Shown: one piece after another, positions 50,479-64,000 of the stretch | How the letters are laid out: every line of letters begins with the position of its first letter | How positions within the stretch are numbered: the first letter of the stretch is position 1 | Assembly (NCBI RefSeq): GCF_037042905.1 | Contig: NC_087250.1 | Coordinates: forward strand, 28,336,001-28,400,000 | Length of the DNA stretch: 64,000 bases | Reading direction: 5' to 3' | Source: Lytechinus pictus | Lineage: Eukaryota | Notes under the pieces: model-generated | Told to the model about the DNA's origin: nothing | The model's database searches: none | Seen by the model: only the letters and a program-made list of their open reading frames with translations | Made by a program: the position numbers and the translations under genes

Positions 50479-51036
50479 CAAACTCATGTATACCTCTATT
50501 TATCTATACCGATATGTATCTGTTGTAATTCTTATACTAGTTTGTTTATTTGTTATTATGCTCAGCTGATTGTTTCTTTTTTATTCGTTTACCGGCTCCA
50601 ACCTACCTTGAGATAGTACTCAAGTGCTACCTTATTTATGCTCATTACATGTTTGACAGTCCCATCATTTCACCCCCCCCCCCCCCTCTTGAACATGGAA
50701 GATGAAGTTCTCATGAAAACAGTTAAAGACATTTTCTCGCCTCTCCGTAATAATTTGATTCACTCTTCAATGCTCGTCTATCAGCTCACAGTATGATCAG
50801 AATGATGTTCACATTGATGGCGTTAAAACGGCTGGTTGTTTCATCAACAGTAATTAGCGTAAACGGCTGTTGGCGTGAGACTAATTGGTAATCAGTGTCT
50901 CAGACATGTCTTAGCATGGTATAAACGTCTTAACCAATCAGAGTATGTATTAAATACTGCCAGGACATAGCATGGTCTTGCAAGTCCTAAACTGTTTTAC
51001 TGATGTCGCTGCAATCATAATGATATGCATGTTAAA

Positions 51037-51257
51037 CATGGCCCTGGGCAGTGCTGGGAAGCGTGGGTTACCTTAACCTTTTTTATTTGCTTCTCAAATT
51101 TCTCAGGACCAGTTTCACTTCTATTTGTAGTAAAAACCCCATTTTTCTTTTCAATTTTGTCTGGATCAATTTGACTTCCTTTTTGTAGTGAAAACATTTT
51201 TTTTCTTCAAATTTACATCACCAACCCCACTAAAAGAAAATCGTTCCCAGCGCCCTG
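51037..51257. mobile_element. hAT-like MITE
   Basis: Flanks ATGTTAAA / ATGTTGAA (7/8 match). Termini CATGGCCCTGGG..CCCAGCGCCCTG. Confidence 0.55.
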
Positions 51258-51339
51258 ATGTTGAAGTGTTATCAAAATATATTCAACATGTAGTTGGCTT
51301 ATATTCTTTATGATGTTTTAATCAATGTTCTACCCTTAA

Positions 51340-52147
51340 CCCTAACTTATGGGGGTGCCTTTTTAGCCCCTCGACATTTTTCGCGATAAATCCGCTGTGC
51401 GATTTCTTACGTGCAGCTCGCTGATTTTTTACCTTCATGTTTCGCGCAATTTCTCAAACCAAATTTGTGATGTCCGGGTATATATGCGATTATATATGCA
51501 GAATATATGCGGAAATTACGCAACAGTATGTTAGTGCATGTCGGACCGAAATTGCTCAAAGATGTACATCATGTACAAAGTTAATACAAAATCCGTTTCA
51601 TCTGAAATTCATAACTGTGTTATTATTCTCACTTTTATTGACAACCGTCATTTCATTATATGCTATTAATGACTAAAGTAATTTTCCCAAATAAATTTGA
51701 TCGAAAAAACAATACAAAGAAAAAAATATTGAAAAACAGAGACATATATGCAAAATTTGAAGAAAAAAAAAATATATATAAGAAATTAATTTTGTTACCG
51801 GTTTTTTTTTCTTCATTATTTTTTATAGTTGTTAGGAATGCCATAAATAATATTTGCACCAAAATAAGCTTTCTAGGAGGTTTATTAAGTGAATAAGATC
51901 AAAAAGTATTATTTCGTGAATTAATTAACATAATTAATTCTGAATTAATTAACATAATTAATTCATAATTAATTCATATAAAATATATATGTATTTGTTC
52001 GTTTGCAATTTGCCTATGCAATGTCATAGATCATTCTCTACCTTCGTGCAATTTTTTATTGTCCCGATCGCACGATCCGCGGCCGAGATCTAACAGCCCC
52101 CCCCCCCCAGGACTTGAAGGTCGCAAAATTTCATTGGTAAGTCAGGG
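51340..52147. mobile_element. piggyBac-like non-autonomous element
   Basis: TTAA|CCCTAACTTA..TAAGTCAGGG|TTAA. A second shorter TTAA|CCCTTTG..CAAAGAG|TTGA element lies at ~52174-52418. Confidence 0.7.
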
Positions 52148-53717
52148 TTAATATCCTATGCCATTTTCATTAACCCTTTGAGTGTTCATGATGCAATTTT
52201 GCACATTCGTACAATTAAATTCAATAATCGTAATAATTAGTTTTCTCCCCTACCATCAAATTAGATAAGCTAATAAAAGGTAATAGTTCTTGGATAGCAT
52301 CTATACAGGCCTAATATTAATAAGTATAAATGGTGCAATATGGATATCTTGAATTAAATAAAATAACATGGAAACAATTGTCATTATTATCCCCCAAATC
52401 GATTCAGCGTGCAAAGAGTTGATGAGATGCAGAGAATTAACAGAAAGAACATGTTAAATAAGGACCTTACAGCTAAGATTTTGTAAAGTCTAACGAATCT
52501 GTCTTCAGGTAGTGCAGGTCACGTATCTCTATCATGTATATATCTCTAATACGGTGCTTCATGGTTCTTGATTGATTTCAACCCTTTACTGTCTACAAGA
52601 CAGGTGTTTGTATAATCAAACTTTTATGTGCTTCTTTGGCAATCCATAAATCACGATTTTTTTAAAGATGTCTACTGACGTAGGCATCTGCTTTATTACG
52701 TCATAAGTTTTTTATGGTACAGAGTATGCAACCAAATCAATCATGATTGTTAATAGTTAATTATATTTTGTTAACAATAACGCTTGATTATACACATTCG
52801 TCAGCCCTGGCATAGGGTTTATGTCCCCTCTCTATATTTCCACTTCCCTATATTGATTCCTTCTCATTTTCTCACTTGCTATTCCTTTCAGCATTTCTTT
52901 ATTTCACAACTCTTCTCAAGCTATATCCCTCCTCCTCCTCCTAAACTCAGTTTCAAGATTATATTTGTATTTACTTTTACAGCCATGAAGGCTAAATTAA
53001 CATGACATTATATGCAAAACTTATAAATTGCGCGTAAATGAGGATACCATTCTCAATTACAATATTAATACTAATTTTAATTAATACGATTCAAAATAAT
53101 AAGTGCAATGTTCAGTAGCAATTTAATATAAACAAATATATTTATAATTTATATGTTGAGTGTGTAGACAATCAGTAAACACGTTTGTTTTCTCGGTGCA
53201 AGAAAGTCTTTACCAAAACATCTATGCGCCACTCCATCAATGCAGAAACGCCCTTGTGGCATTCTCTTATGCATGCTGCTAATGGCGTTTTTGATCGGGA
53301 AAAACCCCGTATAGTTTAGTATCCTCAGCAAGAATAACCTTGTTATTGTTTTCTCCATCTTTATCATGATATTCGGTCGTTGAGTCATTGCAATAGCGAT
53401 GACCTCCGTCATACGATAGGTAATACCAGAAATACACGAAAACCTGACTGACAAACAACGATAAAAGATATCAAGAAAAATCGAAATAGAAAGGTAGGTA
53501 GAGTACATTTCAATGAAATGGAATGATTGCATTCTGATGAAGAAGCAAAATGTGATTTTTAAAGGTTTTTGTCAAGATAAGTGAATTCCATTTTTTAAAG
53601 ATCCGTTCTCCACTTAAGATTGTTACTAGTTTTGCTTCATATGTTTCTCTTTATATTTTTACTTCTATCTTACCATTAAAAGGATTGAGTAACTTTGAAG
53701 AAGCTTCCAGAAATCTC

Positions 53718-53988
53718 GGGCCCGTCTTACAAAGAGTTGCGATTGATTCGATTAATCGCAACTATGGACGACCGGCAACATCAACATCTATCATGCATGT
53801 TTGTTAAAAATATATTCTAACTATAATTTATATTCATGCATTCCATGTTTTCCTGAGAAATTCACTGTGCTTCTATTTGTTTACAAAGGACATTGAGCAA
53901 ATTTCCTGTAGAAAAAAAATATGACACTAATGCATTTCCATAGAGTTAAGATTGATTGGATCAAAGTAACTCTTTGTAAGACGGGGTC
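53718..53988. mobile_element. CWG-type MITE nested in an older inverted-repeat element (~53330-54250)
   Basis: TIR GGGCCCGTCTTACAAAGAGTT..AACTCTTTGTAAGACGGGGTC. Outer inverted repeats at 53377-53425 and 54111-54160. Confidence 0.7.
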
Positions 53989-54964
53989 CTGGTCTATGGG
54001 GTTCTACATGCTGTCGGTGGTTGTAATATTCATTATGAAACCCTGATTTTTTTATAATTTTCATAAGCATACTCTTCGCAATTTGTAAGAGAAATTGAAC
54101 ATATTCCTCCATTACCTATCGTATGACTGAGGTCATCGCTATTGCAATAGTCTCGGGCGATTCATGTCGGATCTTAAGATTTTTAGTTATGATTAAACCA
54201 TTATTAGCATTAAAAGAAATATCTTTAGATTCTGAATGAGGTTTAAAAAAGTCAATTTATTATATAAACACGATGTTTGTGTGTATGTGTAAGGGTCGGG
54301 GTGTGTGCATGAGTGTGTGTGTGTGTGTGAGTGAGTGTGCGTGTGTAGGGGATAGGGGATGGGTGGATTGCCCCCCCCCCCCCCTCTCCTGTGCTGCCAC
54401 CCTGTTTACCTCCAATAACAGACCATGAACTTCAGTTGCACACCTCTGCGGTACCAGAAAGGCGCCGCGGCAAACGCCGAAAAGCGTATCTGACGATTGC
54501 ATTTACACACGCGTCCAACATGGGCGTGACTCGTATATGAAAGTAGGTAGATGAAATAGGGCATTCTTCTCATCTCACACACGACTTCCTTTTTACGTGC
54601 AAACTGTGAGAATGAAAGGTAAATGTCAACTTTGTTTGAAGGAGGCGACCAGAAAATAAGAACGGTAATCATCGTATGATGAAAGCAAGATTAAGTTTGG
54701 CAAGTATGGAGAGAGTGGGAGCGAACAAAATATTAAGGTAGTAGACTGGAGGCAGGCGGGGGAAAAGGTGATGTGAGCTAAGAGAATGTGACGAAAGCAG
54801 TGTGAAGAAAGGACATGGGAAGGATAAGGAAAAATAAAGAGATTGAGGTGGAGAAAATTACTTTAATGAAGGAACAGCGCATTGGAAATGATCTTTTAAA
54901 GAATGAAGATGGGCGGGGGGAGACATTAGAAAAAAGGATGGAGATTCAGAAGTAAAGAGAGCAG

Positions 54965-55228
54965 TACGAATAAGAAGAAGAAGAAGTAAAAGAAAAAAAG
55001 AAGAAGAATAAAAAAGAAGAAGAAGAAAAAGGAGAAGAAAAAAAGAAGAAGAAGAAGAGGAGGAAGAATAAGAAGAAGAAAGAGAAGAAGAATATCTAGA
55101 CGAAAAGCTTTCGGCTGTAGGAGGAAGAGAAGATGAAGATGAAGAAGAAGAAGAAGAAGAAAATGAGGAAGGAGGAGGAGGAGGAGGAGAAGAAAAATTG
55201 TAAGAAGAAGAAGACGACGAAGAGAAGC
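54965..55228. repeat. (GAA/GGA)n purine-rich microsatellite
   Basis: Degenerate GAA/GAG trimers. Confidence 0.9.
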
Positions 55229-55287
55229 GGGGGGGGGGGGCGAGGCAGATCAGTATGACAATGTGTAATTCCAAGGCTATCACTTAA

Positions 55288-56275
55288 ATGTCAAGTCCAC
55301 CCCAGAAAAATGTTCATTTGATTAAATAGAGAAAAATCAAACTAGCATAATGCTGAAAATTTAATCAAAATCGGTTGTAAAATGAGAAAGTTATGACATT
55401 TTAAAATTTCGCTTATTTTTCACAAAACAGTGATACAAATACAAATACATATGGTCAAACAGCCCCTTCTTTATATGCCGCTGTACTCTGGAATTATCTA
55501 CCTTTAAATATAAGAACTGCACCATCCTTCCCCATCTTTAAATCAATGCTCAAAACTCACTTATTTTCAAAATAGTATTTTTATGATGATAAATATATTA
55601 TGTTGTTAAATATTGTAAGTTTTCATTTCATTAGTGATGTAACTTTATGTATTGATTAATTTGTTCGAATTTGTATTAAGTATTTTGGGATTAAGGTTTA
55701 GGTTTATTGTATAATTCAGATAAGATTTAATGTATTATTTATTAAATATATTTTGTAAAGCGCATAGAGAGTCTTTTGACTATTATGCGCTATATAAATT
55801 TCAAATATTATTATTATCATTATATGCACAACTTAGTAATATGTATATGAGACAGTCGATGATGTCCTTCACTCACTATTTCTTTTGTTTTTTATTGTTT
55901 GAATAATACAATATTTCATTTTTTTTCAGATTTGACAATAAGGATCAAATTGACTGAACCATATAGTATTAAACAATGTAAATACCACATGTTTAGGGAG
56001 AAATTAATCGTTGATTCACTTGACAATGAGGGAAAACTTAGAATATTTCATATAATGAAATACAAAATAAATAGTGAGTGGATGACGTCATCAGTAGCCT
56101 CATTTGCATGCCGACCAGGATGTGCATTTAACTATTTTGTGAAATTAAGCGAAAATTTCAAATGTCATAACTTTCTTATTTTACATCCGACTTTAATGAA
56201 ATTTTCAGTGTTATGCTTCGTGGATTTTTCTCTTTTTTATTCAAATAAACTTTTTGTCAGGGTGGAATAGTATCA
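55288..56275. mobile_element. Kolobok-like MITE interrupted by an L2 fragment
   Basis: Reverse-orientation copy of 33834-34399 with an extra segment at 55436-55821. Confidence 0.75.
55436..55821 (+). mobile_element. 3' fragment of an L2-type LINE
   Basis: 55441-55575 translates to TNTYGQTAPSLYAAVLWNYLPLNIRTAPSFPIFKSMLKTHLFSK*, a typical L2 ORF2 C-terminus. Tail AAAGCGCATAGAG..TATGCGCTATATAAAT..(TAT)n. Confidence 0.8.
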
Positions 56276-57094
56276 TTATAATACGAAACAATTGAATTGA
56301 AAAAAAATTAATACATGTCCTTTACCAAAGAATAAAACACTTATCAAATGTTCTGCACTCTTTAGTTTTACCTTAAAGAGGATAGAATGAAGGGGCTCAT
56401 GTTCGTGACTTGGTGTTGGTGAAATAATAAGTGAAGATTCGAGGAAGAAATAGCTTTGTGAAGAAAAAGAATGTCTATTGATGGTAGCGCGTAGTGCAAA
56501 TATTAGGCATATACCATTGAGAATAAAGAGTGAATGTAATATCATGGGGGAGGAATGGAATTGCATGAGTACGTGATGTGATAAAAGTACCGAGGATTGT
56601 CACGTGGTCTCCACTCACTTGGTCTACTCCTCGTTTCATCTTATTCTTCATAATTTATTCGGATTTATAATTCGTCTATAACCAGGCCGTCAGCTTACTG
56701 TTTTGCTTACTAGCCATTCATTTCATTCACGACTTTATCGAATTTTCAGTAGGCCATCTCCATGCTACATATCCACTTGGTCTAACTCCAGGGGGCCGTT
56801 TCATAAAGCTGTTTGTAGGTTAAGAGCAACTTTAAGAACGATTGGTGATCCTTTCTATACGCGCTAAGCCATCGTCAATTCAATATACCACTTACCCCAA
56901 GAAGGGATAACCAGTCGCTCTTTTTACAGCCAGTTATTCTACATGATTGGATGATCTATTAATGAACCACAGTTTCATTTGACGAAACACAAAAGAAAGT
57001 GAAGTGGAAATTACACCTAGTAAATATAAGAATAAATGAGAATTAGACTGTGTTGGTATTAGAACAAAGAAGTTTAGACCTAATGGCAATTATA

Positions 57095-58085
57095 CAGTGC
57101 GTATCAAAATAAAGTTTACACTTAGAAAAAATCCTGTAAAATTTAACATTTGTAATATCCTGAAGATTTTTTTCCACATTTTAACATTGGTACAGATCCA
57201 TTTAAGCAAATGACGATATAACTGTCGAAAAATATTTCCGCTTGAGTGAGCACCACTTACTTTTGAAAAGTTAGTGAAAAATTATTTGCGCAGAACTTTG
57301 AAATAGTTATGCGAATAAAAGTAGACCTTAATCCTGAAGAACACGTGGAGTTTAGCTAGTAAAATTGATTTGAAGATATCTTTTTACATTTTTTTAACTT
57401 GTTTCCTTGCCCAACACACTTCGAAGAGTGCATTGCGCCCCACCCCACCCCCCGACACACCGAGGCCATCGTGACGATATTTGCTTTACACTGAGCTGTG
57501 ATTTACATGAAATGGCTTAGGCTTGATTTTCAATTTGTTAATCATTGTCCAGCTTGGAAAAAGTGTAGAGAAACAAGTATTAAATGAAAAATGAAATGTA
57601 AACCCATTTTAAATGATAAAAACTTAGTGAAAAAAAAGCTGGAGATGTCTGATATAAACTTTTGTTCAGATTCATTTATGTCATCAGATCAAGCTGGCAC
57701 AAAAAGGGTAAAGGTTGTGCTCACTAAGTGTTGAAAATTTCAATTTGGGTGGCAAAATTGTTACAAAATGCTTGAATGTATCCGTTTTTATTTCAATTGA
57801 CTAAAAGTGCAAGGAAAATGTATGAGAAATGTTTCGCAGGATAAGTTTGATTACGCCCTTTCCCCTTGACACAGACGTGAAAACAACCATTTCTGCGCAA
57901 ACAGATATATGCAAGCTTTACAAAAATGGAGAGTACTCACTCAAGTGTAACATTCTATCAAAACTTTTACTTTCATTGGATAGATGAGACCCAAACCCAA
58001 GATTATATGTGAAAAAATTACCCACATGTTGTATATTTTTTAATTCCAAGGGCTTTTTCAAAGTGTTTTTTTTTTATACGCACTG
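57095..58085. mobile_element. Tc1/mariner-like non-autonomous element
   Basis: TA|CAGTGCGTATCAAAA..TTTTATACGCACTG|TA. Confidence 0.8.
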
Positions 58086-58185
58086 TAGACTAAAGAGAAA
58101 GTAGGTCAAATGGGTTTTCCAATCAGGTATAGACTATCAGAGAAGTTGACCAAGTACTTATCGACGAAATGAAATTAAAGTCCAG

Positions 58186-58341
58186 GGCTCCGCAACACAA
58201 AGGTTTGCGATTAATTGCAAGTATGAAAAAACGCACTGATTGGTTTCAGGTCAGTATTTTAAACAGAGTGCGCATGTAACGATGATTTTGATTGGTCATT
58301 GGTATTTAGCGATTGATTGCAAACCGTCGTGTTACGGAGCC
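58186..58341. mobile_element. CWG-TSD MITE
   Basis: CAG|GGCTCCGCAACAC..GTGTTACGGAGCC|CAG. Confidence 0.75.
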
Positions 58342-58344
58342 CAG

Positions 58345-58647
58345 GTCTGTATTCTGAAGTCGGGTTGAACTTAGACCATGGTCTAACTCTGAGCTAAAAT
58401 TATGGAAAGCCAAAAGTGTCAAAATGTTGATTGCATTGTATGTTTTCTATGTTTACTGTGCTCTTTCCTGGTTCTTTGATTGTAAAGACAATTCATAGTT
58501 ATTAGACAATTGGGAATGATTGAGAGTCAAATGAGCTAAAATATTATATCTCTACTGCTAGTTATTTATGTCACAATTGGCTTTCCATACTCAAACCACA
58601 ACTTTAGACCTGAGTTTAAATGAAATCCTACTTCAGAATACGTGCTC
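58345..58647. mobile_element. CWG-TSD MITE (different family), abutting the previous element
   Basis: CAG|GTCTGTATTCTGAAGT..ACTTCAGAATACGTGCTC|CAG. Confidence 0.65.
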
Positions 58648-60877
58648 CAGGGTTTACTTAAAACAAGGCGATACCACCTCCTGCTTAAGAGCAATAATAA
58701 AACAAATAATGCATAAGTATATCTCATCTTTTCGAGAATAACAACACCCCTCTTTTTATACTCGGCTTTATAGATTGATAGGCACATCTTTCCAAAATGA
58801 CGCCGATCCCTGTTTGGCCATCAAAAACAATTTTGAATAAATCGATTAACTGTACCCCTCCTATTTAATGAAAAGATGTATCTGCCGTGGCATTAACTAG
58901 TCAAGATTAGACTGAGAGGGTCAAGATTGGAAGAGACAGAAAAAGAGAACCAGACATAAAAAGAGAGATAATAACAAGTGAGAGAGGGACATACCGATAG
59001 AGAGGGGGAGATAGTAAGAGAGAGAGAGAGAGAGAAAAAAAAAGAGAGAGATATGTATCGAGGGTTTGCATATGTGAAAGATAATACTGAAGGATATGGA
59101 GAGAGGGTGAGAGTGGGAGGGAGGGGGATTGAAAGGTGCATCTCTTGTGCATTTTTTGTGGGTGTATAATTTCATTTTAATTAGTTAAAATTGAGAAGGA
59201 TCATTGGACAAAATGAAGGATTTGTCTTTTCGATTCGGCCTTAATAACGGAGATATGTAAGTAATCAATATTAATTATATTACAGAGAGAAAGTTGAGTT
59301 TAGAAAACAAAAATGAAAATCCAGAATACCAGATATTTAAGTCCTCAAAGTAGATAAAATATGCTGTTCCCTCTTAGAATTTAAAACAACAATTTTAATT
59401 GCATTGGTTAGTTTCAAACAGAGTTCAACATTTTAAGGAACATGCTGCCAGGGTGTGCTTACAACTATGTTTTAGCCCTAAATCCTATGATGTTTATTAC
59501 ATTATTATTTCTGAATAAATTTATAATCTCAGTTAACCAGTGATACCAAAATATAATGAATTGTTTTCCTAAAAGTCAGAGCTGAAAAGGAAGTTAAAGC
59601 AATATGGGTTTTGCGAAATGCCATCGGTATGGATTGATAAATTAGTAAGTATAATATTGTAGAAAGCTGTATGCAGATTCACTGGCGATTAATCCATGTT
59701 TGCTTTATGTCCTATTGACTGTTGATGGAGTTCTTCACATCTTTCTTTGATGTTAATTATTTAAATAAGTATCAAATTAACTAGACAGAATTTAATTGAT
59801 GATTTCGTCATTCCAATAATTCTTTATCATTTTCTCCTTGTATTTAGGGTTATGATATCTTTAAAAATACGTGCATATATTTGAGCCTCTACCAATGGGG
59901 GGGGGGGGGTATAATGGTCAATGGATCTTTATAGATTTAAGATACAGCAAGCCTCTTTGAACATGGGAGGGGTATATGGGATTCACAGAGCAAGCTATCC
60001 TCTACCAACAGGGATGTGGTATAATAAATTCAATAGAGCAAGCTTTCCTCTACCAATCATCGTCCTATTGACTTGTTATTATCTCAGCCCAATTTGATAG
60101 GTATGGAAGTGAATGGAGTTATTGACTGGGAAATAAAGGCGGAGAAAATTGAAGTGAAAGTAGGATAGAAAAAAGGGCTGGAGCCTGCACGTCTACGAAC
60201 ACGGCGAACCTAATCAACTTTCCAAACCCCCCATTTCACATTTAAAAAAGGTTTCTTTCTTTAGTCTCGTTACATACAATAAATGATATCAAACCTTTGT
60301 CCATCTTTTAGAATTTGGTGAATAAGGTACTACGGTAGAATTTACTGGAGCTGTTTCATATTATTCATACATATATTTTTATGATAATGCTATTTATTTA
60401 TGATGTAGGCCTATTCATATTACGACTAAGATCGTCATACGGTAACTGTAACCTGGTGGTATCTATCTCATTTCATGTGCGCTGGTTCGTGCGCTATGCT
60501 AACTTGCATCCACAAATCCATGCCATTCCTTATTATAAGATGTTATTAACACCAAAACTCTGCACTATGATTCAAATTCGGTTTATTGGGATTTTGAGGC
60601 AAGGATAAAAAAGAGTAACTTGGATAAATTATGTAGAAATTGATCATAGGGGAGGAGGGGGGGGGGGGTGCCATCACTCAGGTTATTGAAATGTGATACT
60701 TTGCAATTTTAAGGAAACAAAAAAAAGATCCCCGCCCTTCACTAAACTTTGAAAGCTTGGCCTGTGACCTTCAGCTGGTTCTGTCGGAAGAATATTTAAT
60801 GATTGTTTCTGTTATTGGTCTTGTTATGAAATAACGTCATGATGGAAGTGGAGACATGATGTCTGGCATGTTCTGCA

Positions 60878-61200
60878 TATAACAACCTCGTTTATACAAA
60901 TATTTAATCCGGGTCTATATAATATCATAATACAATGATCAGGTACGTATTATTGATGTTTGGCATATAATAACCTCCTTTAAAGTAATAATCAATCCGG
61001 GTCTAGGACCATCTGAAGACACAATAATCAGATACGTATCCTTGATTATCGTCATAATTCTGATAACCTCCTTTACACTGATATCTAATCCGGGTCTAAA
61101 ACCATTTGGAGAAACTATAAACGACAATAATTGGAGGTATTCTTGATGTTCGTGATAACATAAACCCGTTCACACTAATATTTAAATCAGGTCTAAGACC
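60878..61200. repeat. Degenerate ~90-100-bp tandem repeat (~3.5 units)
   Basis: ATAACCTC..AATCCGGGTCTA recurs at ~60906, 60994, 61087 and 61186. Confidence 0.7.
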
Positions 61201-61710
61201 GATACAGGGATGTTTGCTTACATGTATCTGTAAGAGGAGAGGAGACCCCGTGGCCTACTTTTTAGGGTGGTGGATAACATGAATGCATTAAGGGCATACC
61301 TAATTAAAGCTAGTTAATAACATGACTAATAAAGCATTTGCTATATTACCATTATATCAACAAGCCTTAAATTAGTATTATTATTATTATTATTATTAAT
61401 ATTATCATTGTTATTACTAATTGTATTGTTATTGTAATGCTGCTGATGAAGATGATAATGATGATGATGATGATTATCGTTTTCATTACCATTTATGATG
61501 ATATCGTCACTTAAATTGTTTTCATAATTAATATCCTTTTTGCCATTTTCTTTTTTATTCTTCTTATTATTAGTATTGTTGTTATTATTTATTTATTTAT
61601 CTATTATTACTTTTTTTTTTTTTTTTTTTTTGGGGGGGGACTCGATTTATCGGGGTTTTTTCGGGGGTGGGGCTCGGCGAATGGGGAAAATAGCAATTTC
61701 CAGTGTACTG

Positions 61711-61820
61711 GGGCCCGTGACACAAAACTTAGCAATGATCGTAGAACATTTTTCTACGATTGATTCCATAGAGTATAATGTACAATCAATCGTCAAATTC
61801 AATCGCTGTGTTACGGGACC
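61711..61820. mobile_element. CWG-type MITE
   Basis: CTG|GGGCCCGTGACACA..TGTGTTACGGGACC. Confidence 0.6.
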
Positions 61821-64000
61821 ATGGTCTAATCTCAATTGATGATATAAACAATGTCTTCATAGTTCATAGTAGAATATTAAATTGATGAATTCTAATCAGA
61901 ATATCAAAATTGTATGATTAAATATCAGGTTACATTCCATTTGAATAGAATTAAATATGCAGGATATAGCAATCATGATTAGCTATATTACTTCGTCAAA
62001 ATACTATCTGCCTCTGAACCAATCCAAACTTCAGAATACACTTCACCGTTTCATAATTTTATTTTCCCATCGATGCATTAAGGAATAACATATCCATTCA
62101 GCCTTACTTGATTGGATTTGTTTGCTGTTGCAAAGTCTCCTGCACAGAGCTTTAGTATGTAATCGGACTGAGAATTTATCCATTGTAATTCAGAAACAAA
62201 AGTATTTGATATACCACATAAAATACACCATGACAACCATGCTCAATTAACTGCAAATGTGTGAAATACCAATGCACATTTTAGGTTAATAGTCAAATAG
62301 TATTTTGCCTAACAGATACAAACACCAAACCTCAATATTATAGGAAAGTAGGTGGCAACACGAATGTATTGAAAAAAATATATGAGAAAAACTAAAGAGC
62401 ATAAATTTCAAGATTAGACTTCAAGATTAATTAATGTTGTTATTAGATTTTTCTAAAATTATTTCTGACATCAATTGTATCAAACACCAACCCCTACATA
62501 TTACTCAGAAAAATAAGCTTCTTTAACAATTGTAAAGATGTTTAAACATCCTTCGTAGGTTACTTGAAAGGTAGACTAAAGGATAGATCTTATATACCCA
62601 TTTGATGCGTCATCTCAAATGTCATGATAATGATAGCATAACAAATGTTGCAACACAATCATGCTTATAGTTACAAATTTGAATTGTAACGATTCCTATT
62701 CAGGATTCGTTCCTACAACACTACAAAGTTATATGCCCTGATTTATGTTATTTGCATAGCAAATGTTAATAGAATGATTGATTAGTGGAAGGAGCAAAAA
62801 AAAAATTCAAGGAAAGTAGAAAAATACAAGGTAACCAATATACTTACTGTGACAACTTTCATGACTAATCTGGAATAGTATATAATAAATAAGAAGTAAT
62901 GAAGAAGCGAAGCAAAACTCTCTCATACGTTTATGAGATCTAGTACTTTATCACAAAGATGAAGAGATTATAACACAAAAATAATGTCTATGATTGGAAT
63001 ACCTGAACTGAAATGAATAAAATAAAACATTGACGTTGATACCTTGATATGAATGACAGTCGTAATTAATACTCTATATTTTCTTGATAAATTTAATATT
63101 CTGTTTTCTGATTGATATGTTTACGTAAATAGATTACAATTTTACATGATTTTTGAGAGAAAGAGGAAAAATTGGAGAAGAAAAAAAATCCATTATTGCT
63201 TGGTCTTTTGGCGACCTTTCGGCCGCGTAGTTCCCGCCAGTTTCAATATTTGGCTAGAATATTTGTTTTAAGTGTGGGGCTTTTAGTCAAGAAGAACTCA
63301 ACGCCGCAAGCCACTGTCCTTTCTAACCAAAAAAGGAGAATGCATAAACCCTCGTGGTATTTGTAATTCCGTGTTCTTATTTCGATACATTAAGGTAATG
63401 GGTTCGGAGGTAGATATGTGCATTTTATGTAAATTATAGCTTCTGATAGAAGCACTTAAATTGCTCGCTGAATACACATTATGATTTGGATTAGCGGTGT
63501 TGTGCTGGGAAGCATTTTTTTACAGCTTTGCTGAAGAAATAAATGTCATATCAATTTCATATGTCTGCTGTGATTATCTTTAGTGCATGTTGAGTAATGG
63601 TGGTTGCAAATGGCGATCTTTTAACTTTTACCTGAATTTTAGTCGAGTAAGTCTTGATCATATTTTGAAGGGGGTTTTATATGGGTATATTTGATTGATA
63701 TTTAACCATTAAAGTGTTGAGCATGTAAACACATGTGATTATTTCCAATGACTACTTTTCATTCAAACCATTTCGTTATCGAACGACGAGTAGCATTATG
63801 ATTTTACACATAATTTCAACCATTTTATGTGTCAGTATATGGCACACCAAACATAATTTATTTTTTACTTAACACTTTCAATTTCAAATAAAAAATGAAA
63901 TTAATTTTGTTTTTACATTTTTCTCTTCTCTCTTTCTCCCGTCTTTACTCTCATTCTCTCGCGGTCCCTCCCCTTTTCTCTGTGCCCCTCTCTCTTTCTC

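Noticed and set aside
54858..55283. Poly-Ser/Leu ORF (similarly 47177-47742, 58893-59175, 9250-9627)
   Set aside because: Low-complexity GAA/CT-rich tracts.

Overview
AT-rich, repeat-dense eukaryotic DNA, most likely from an echinoid (sea urchin); this is inferred from the SINE/MITE types and a sea-urchin-type CAAGAAAGA histone downstream element. I can support no host protein-coding gene, so the window looks intergenic or intronic. The only long ORFs belong to two young CR1/L2-group LINEs: 13129-16980 (intact APE-RT ORF2, 6-bp TSD) and ~23909-28280 (5'-truncated SGNH-esterase ORF1 plus intact APE-RT ORF2). The rest is nested non-autonomous DNA transposons (Kolobok-, hAT-, PIF/Harbinger-, CACTA-, Tc1/mariner- and piggyBac-like), tRNA-derived SINEs, a probable solo LTR, microsatellites and a 54-bp satellite. 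The most notable signal is a 238-bp insertion with a 13-bp TSD (17067-17304). It has Penelope-like inverted pseudo-LTR architecture, but each arm carries two histone-mRNA-type stem-loops and a correctly spaced CAAGAAAGA U7 element instead of a hammerhead, suggesting a retroelement that co-opts histone 3'-end processing. A second Penelope-like foldback at 236-946 carries conventional minimal hammerhead motifs. The 54-bp satellite sits inside a MITE as an asymmetric foldback.
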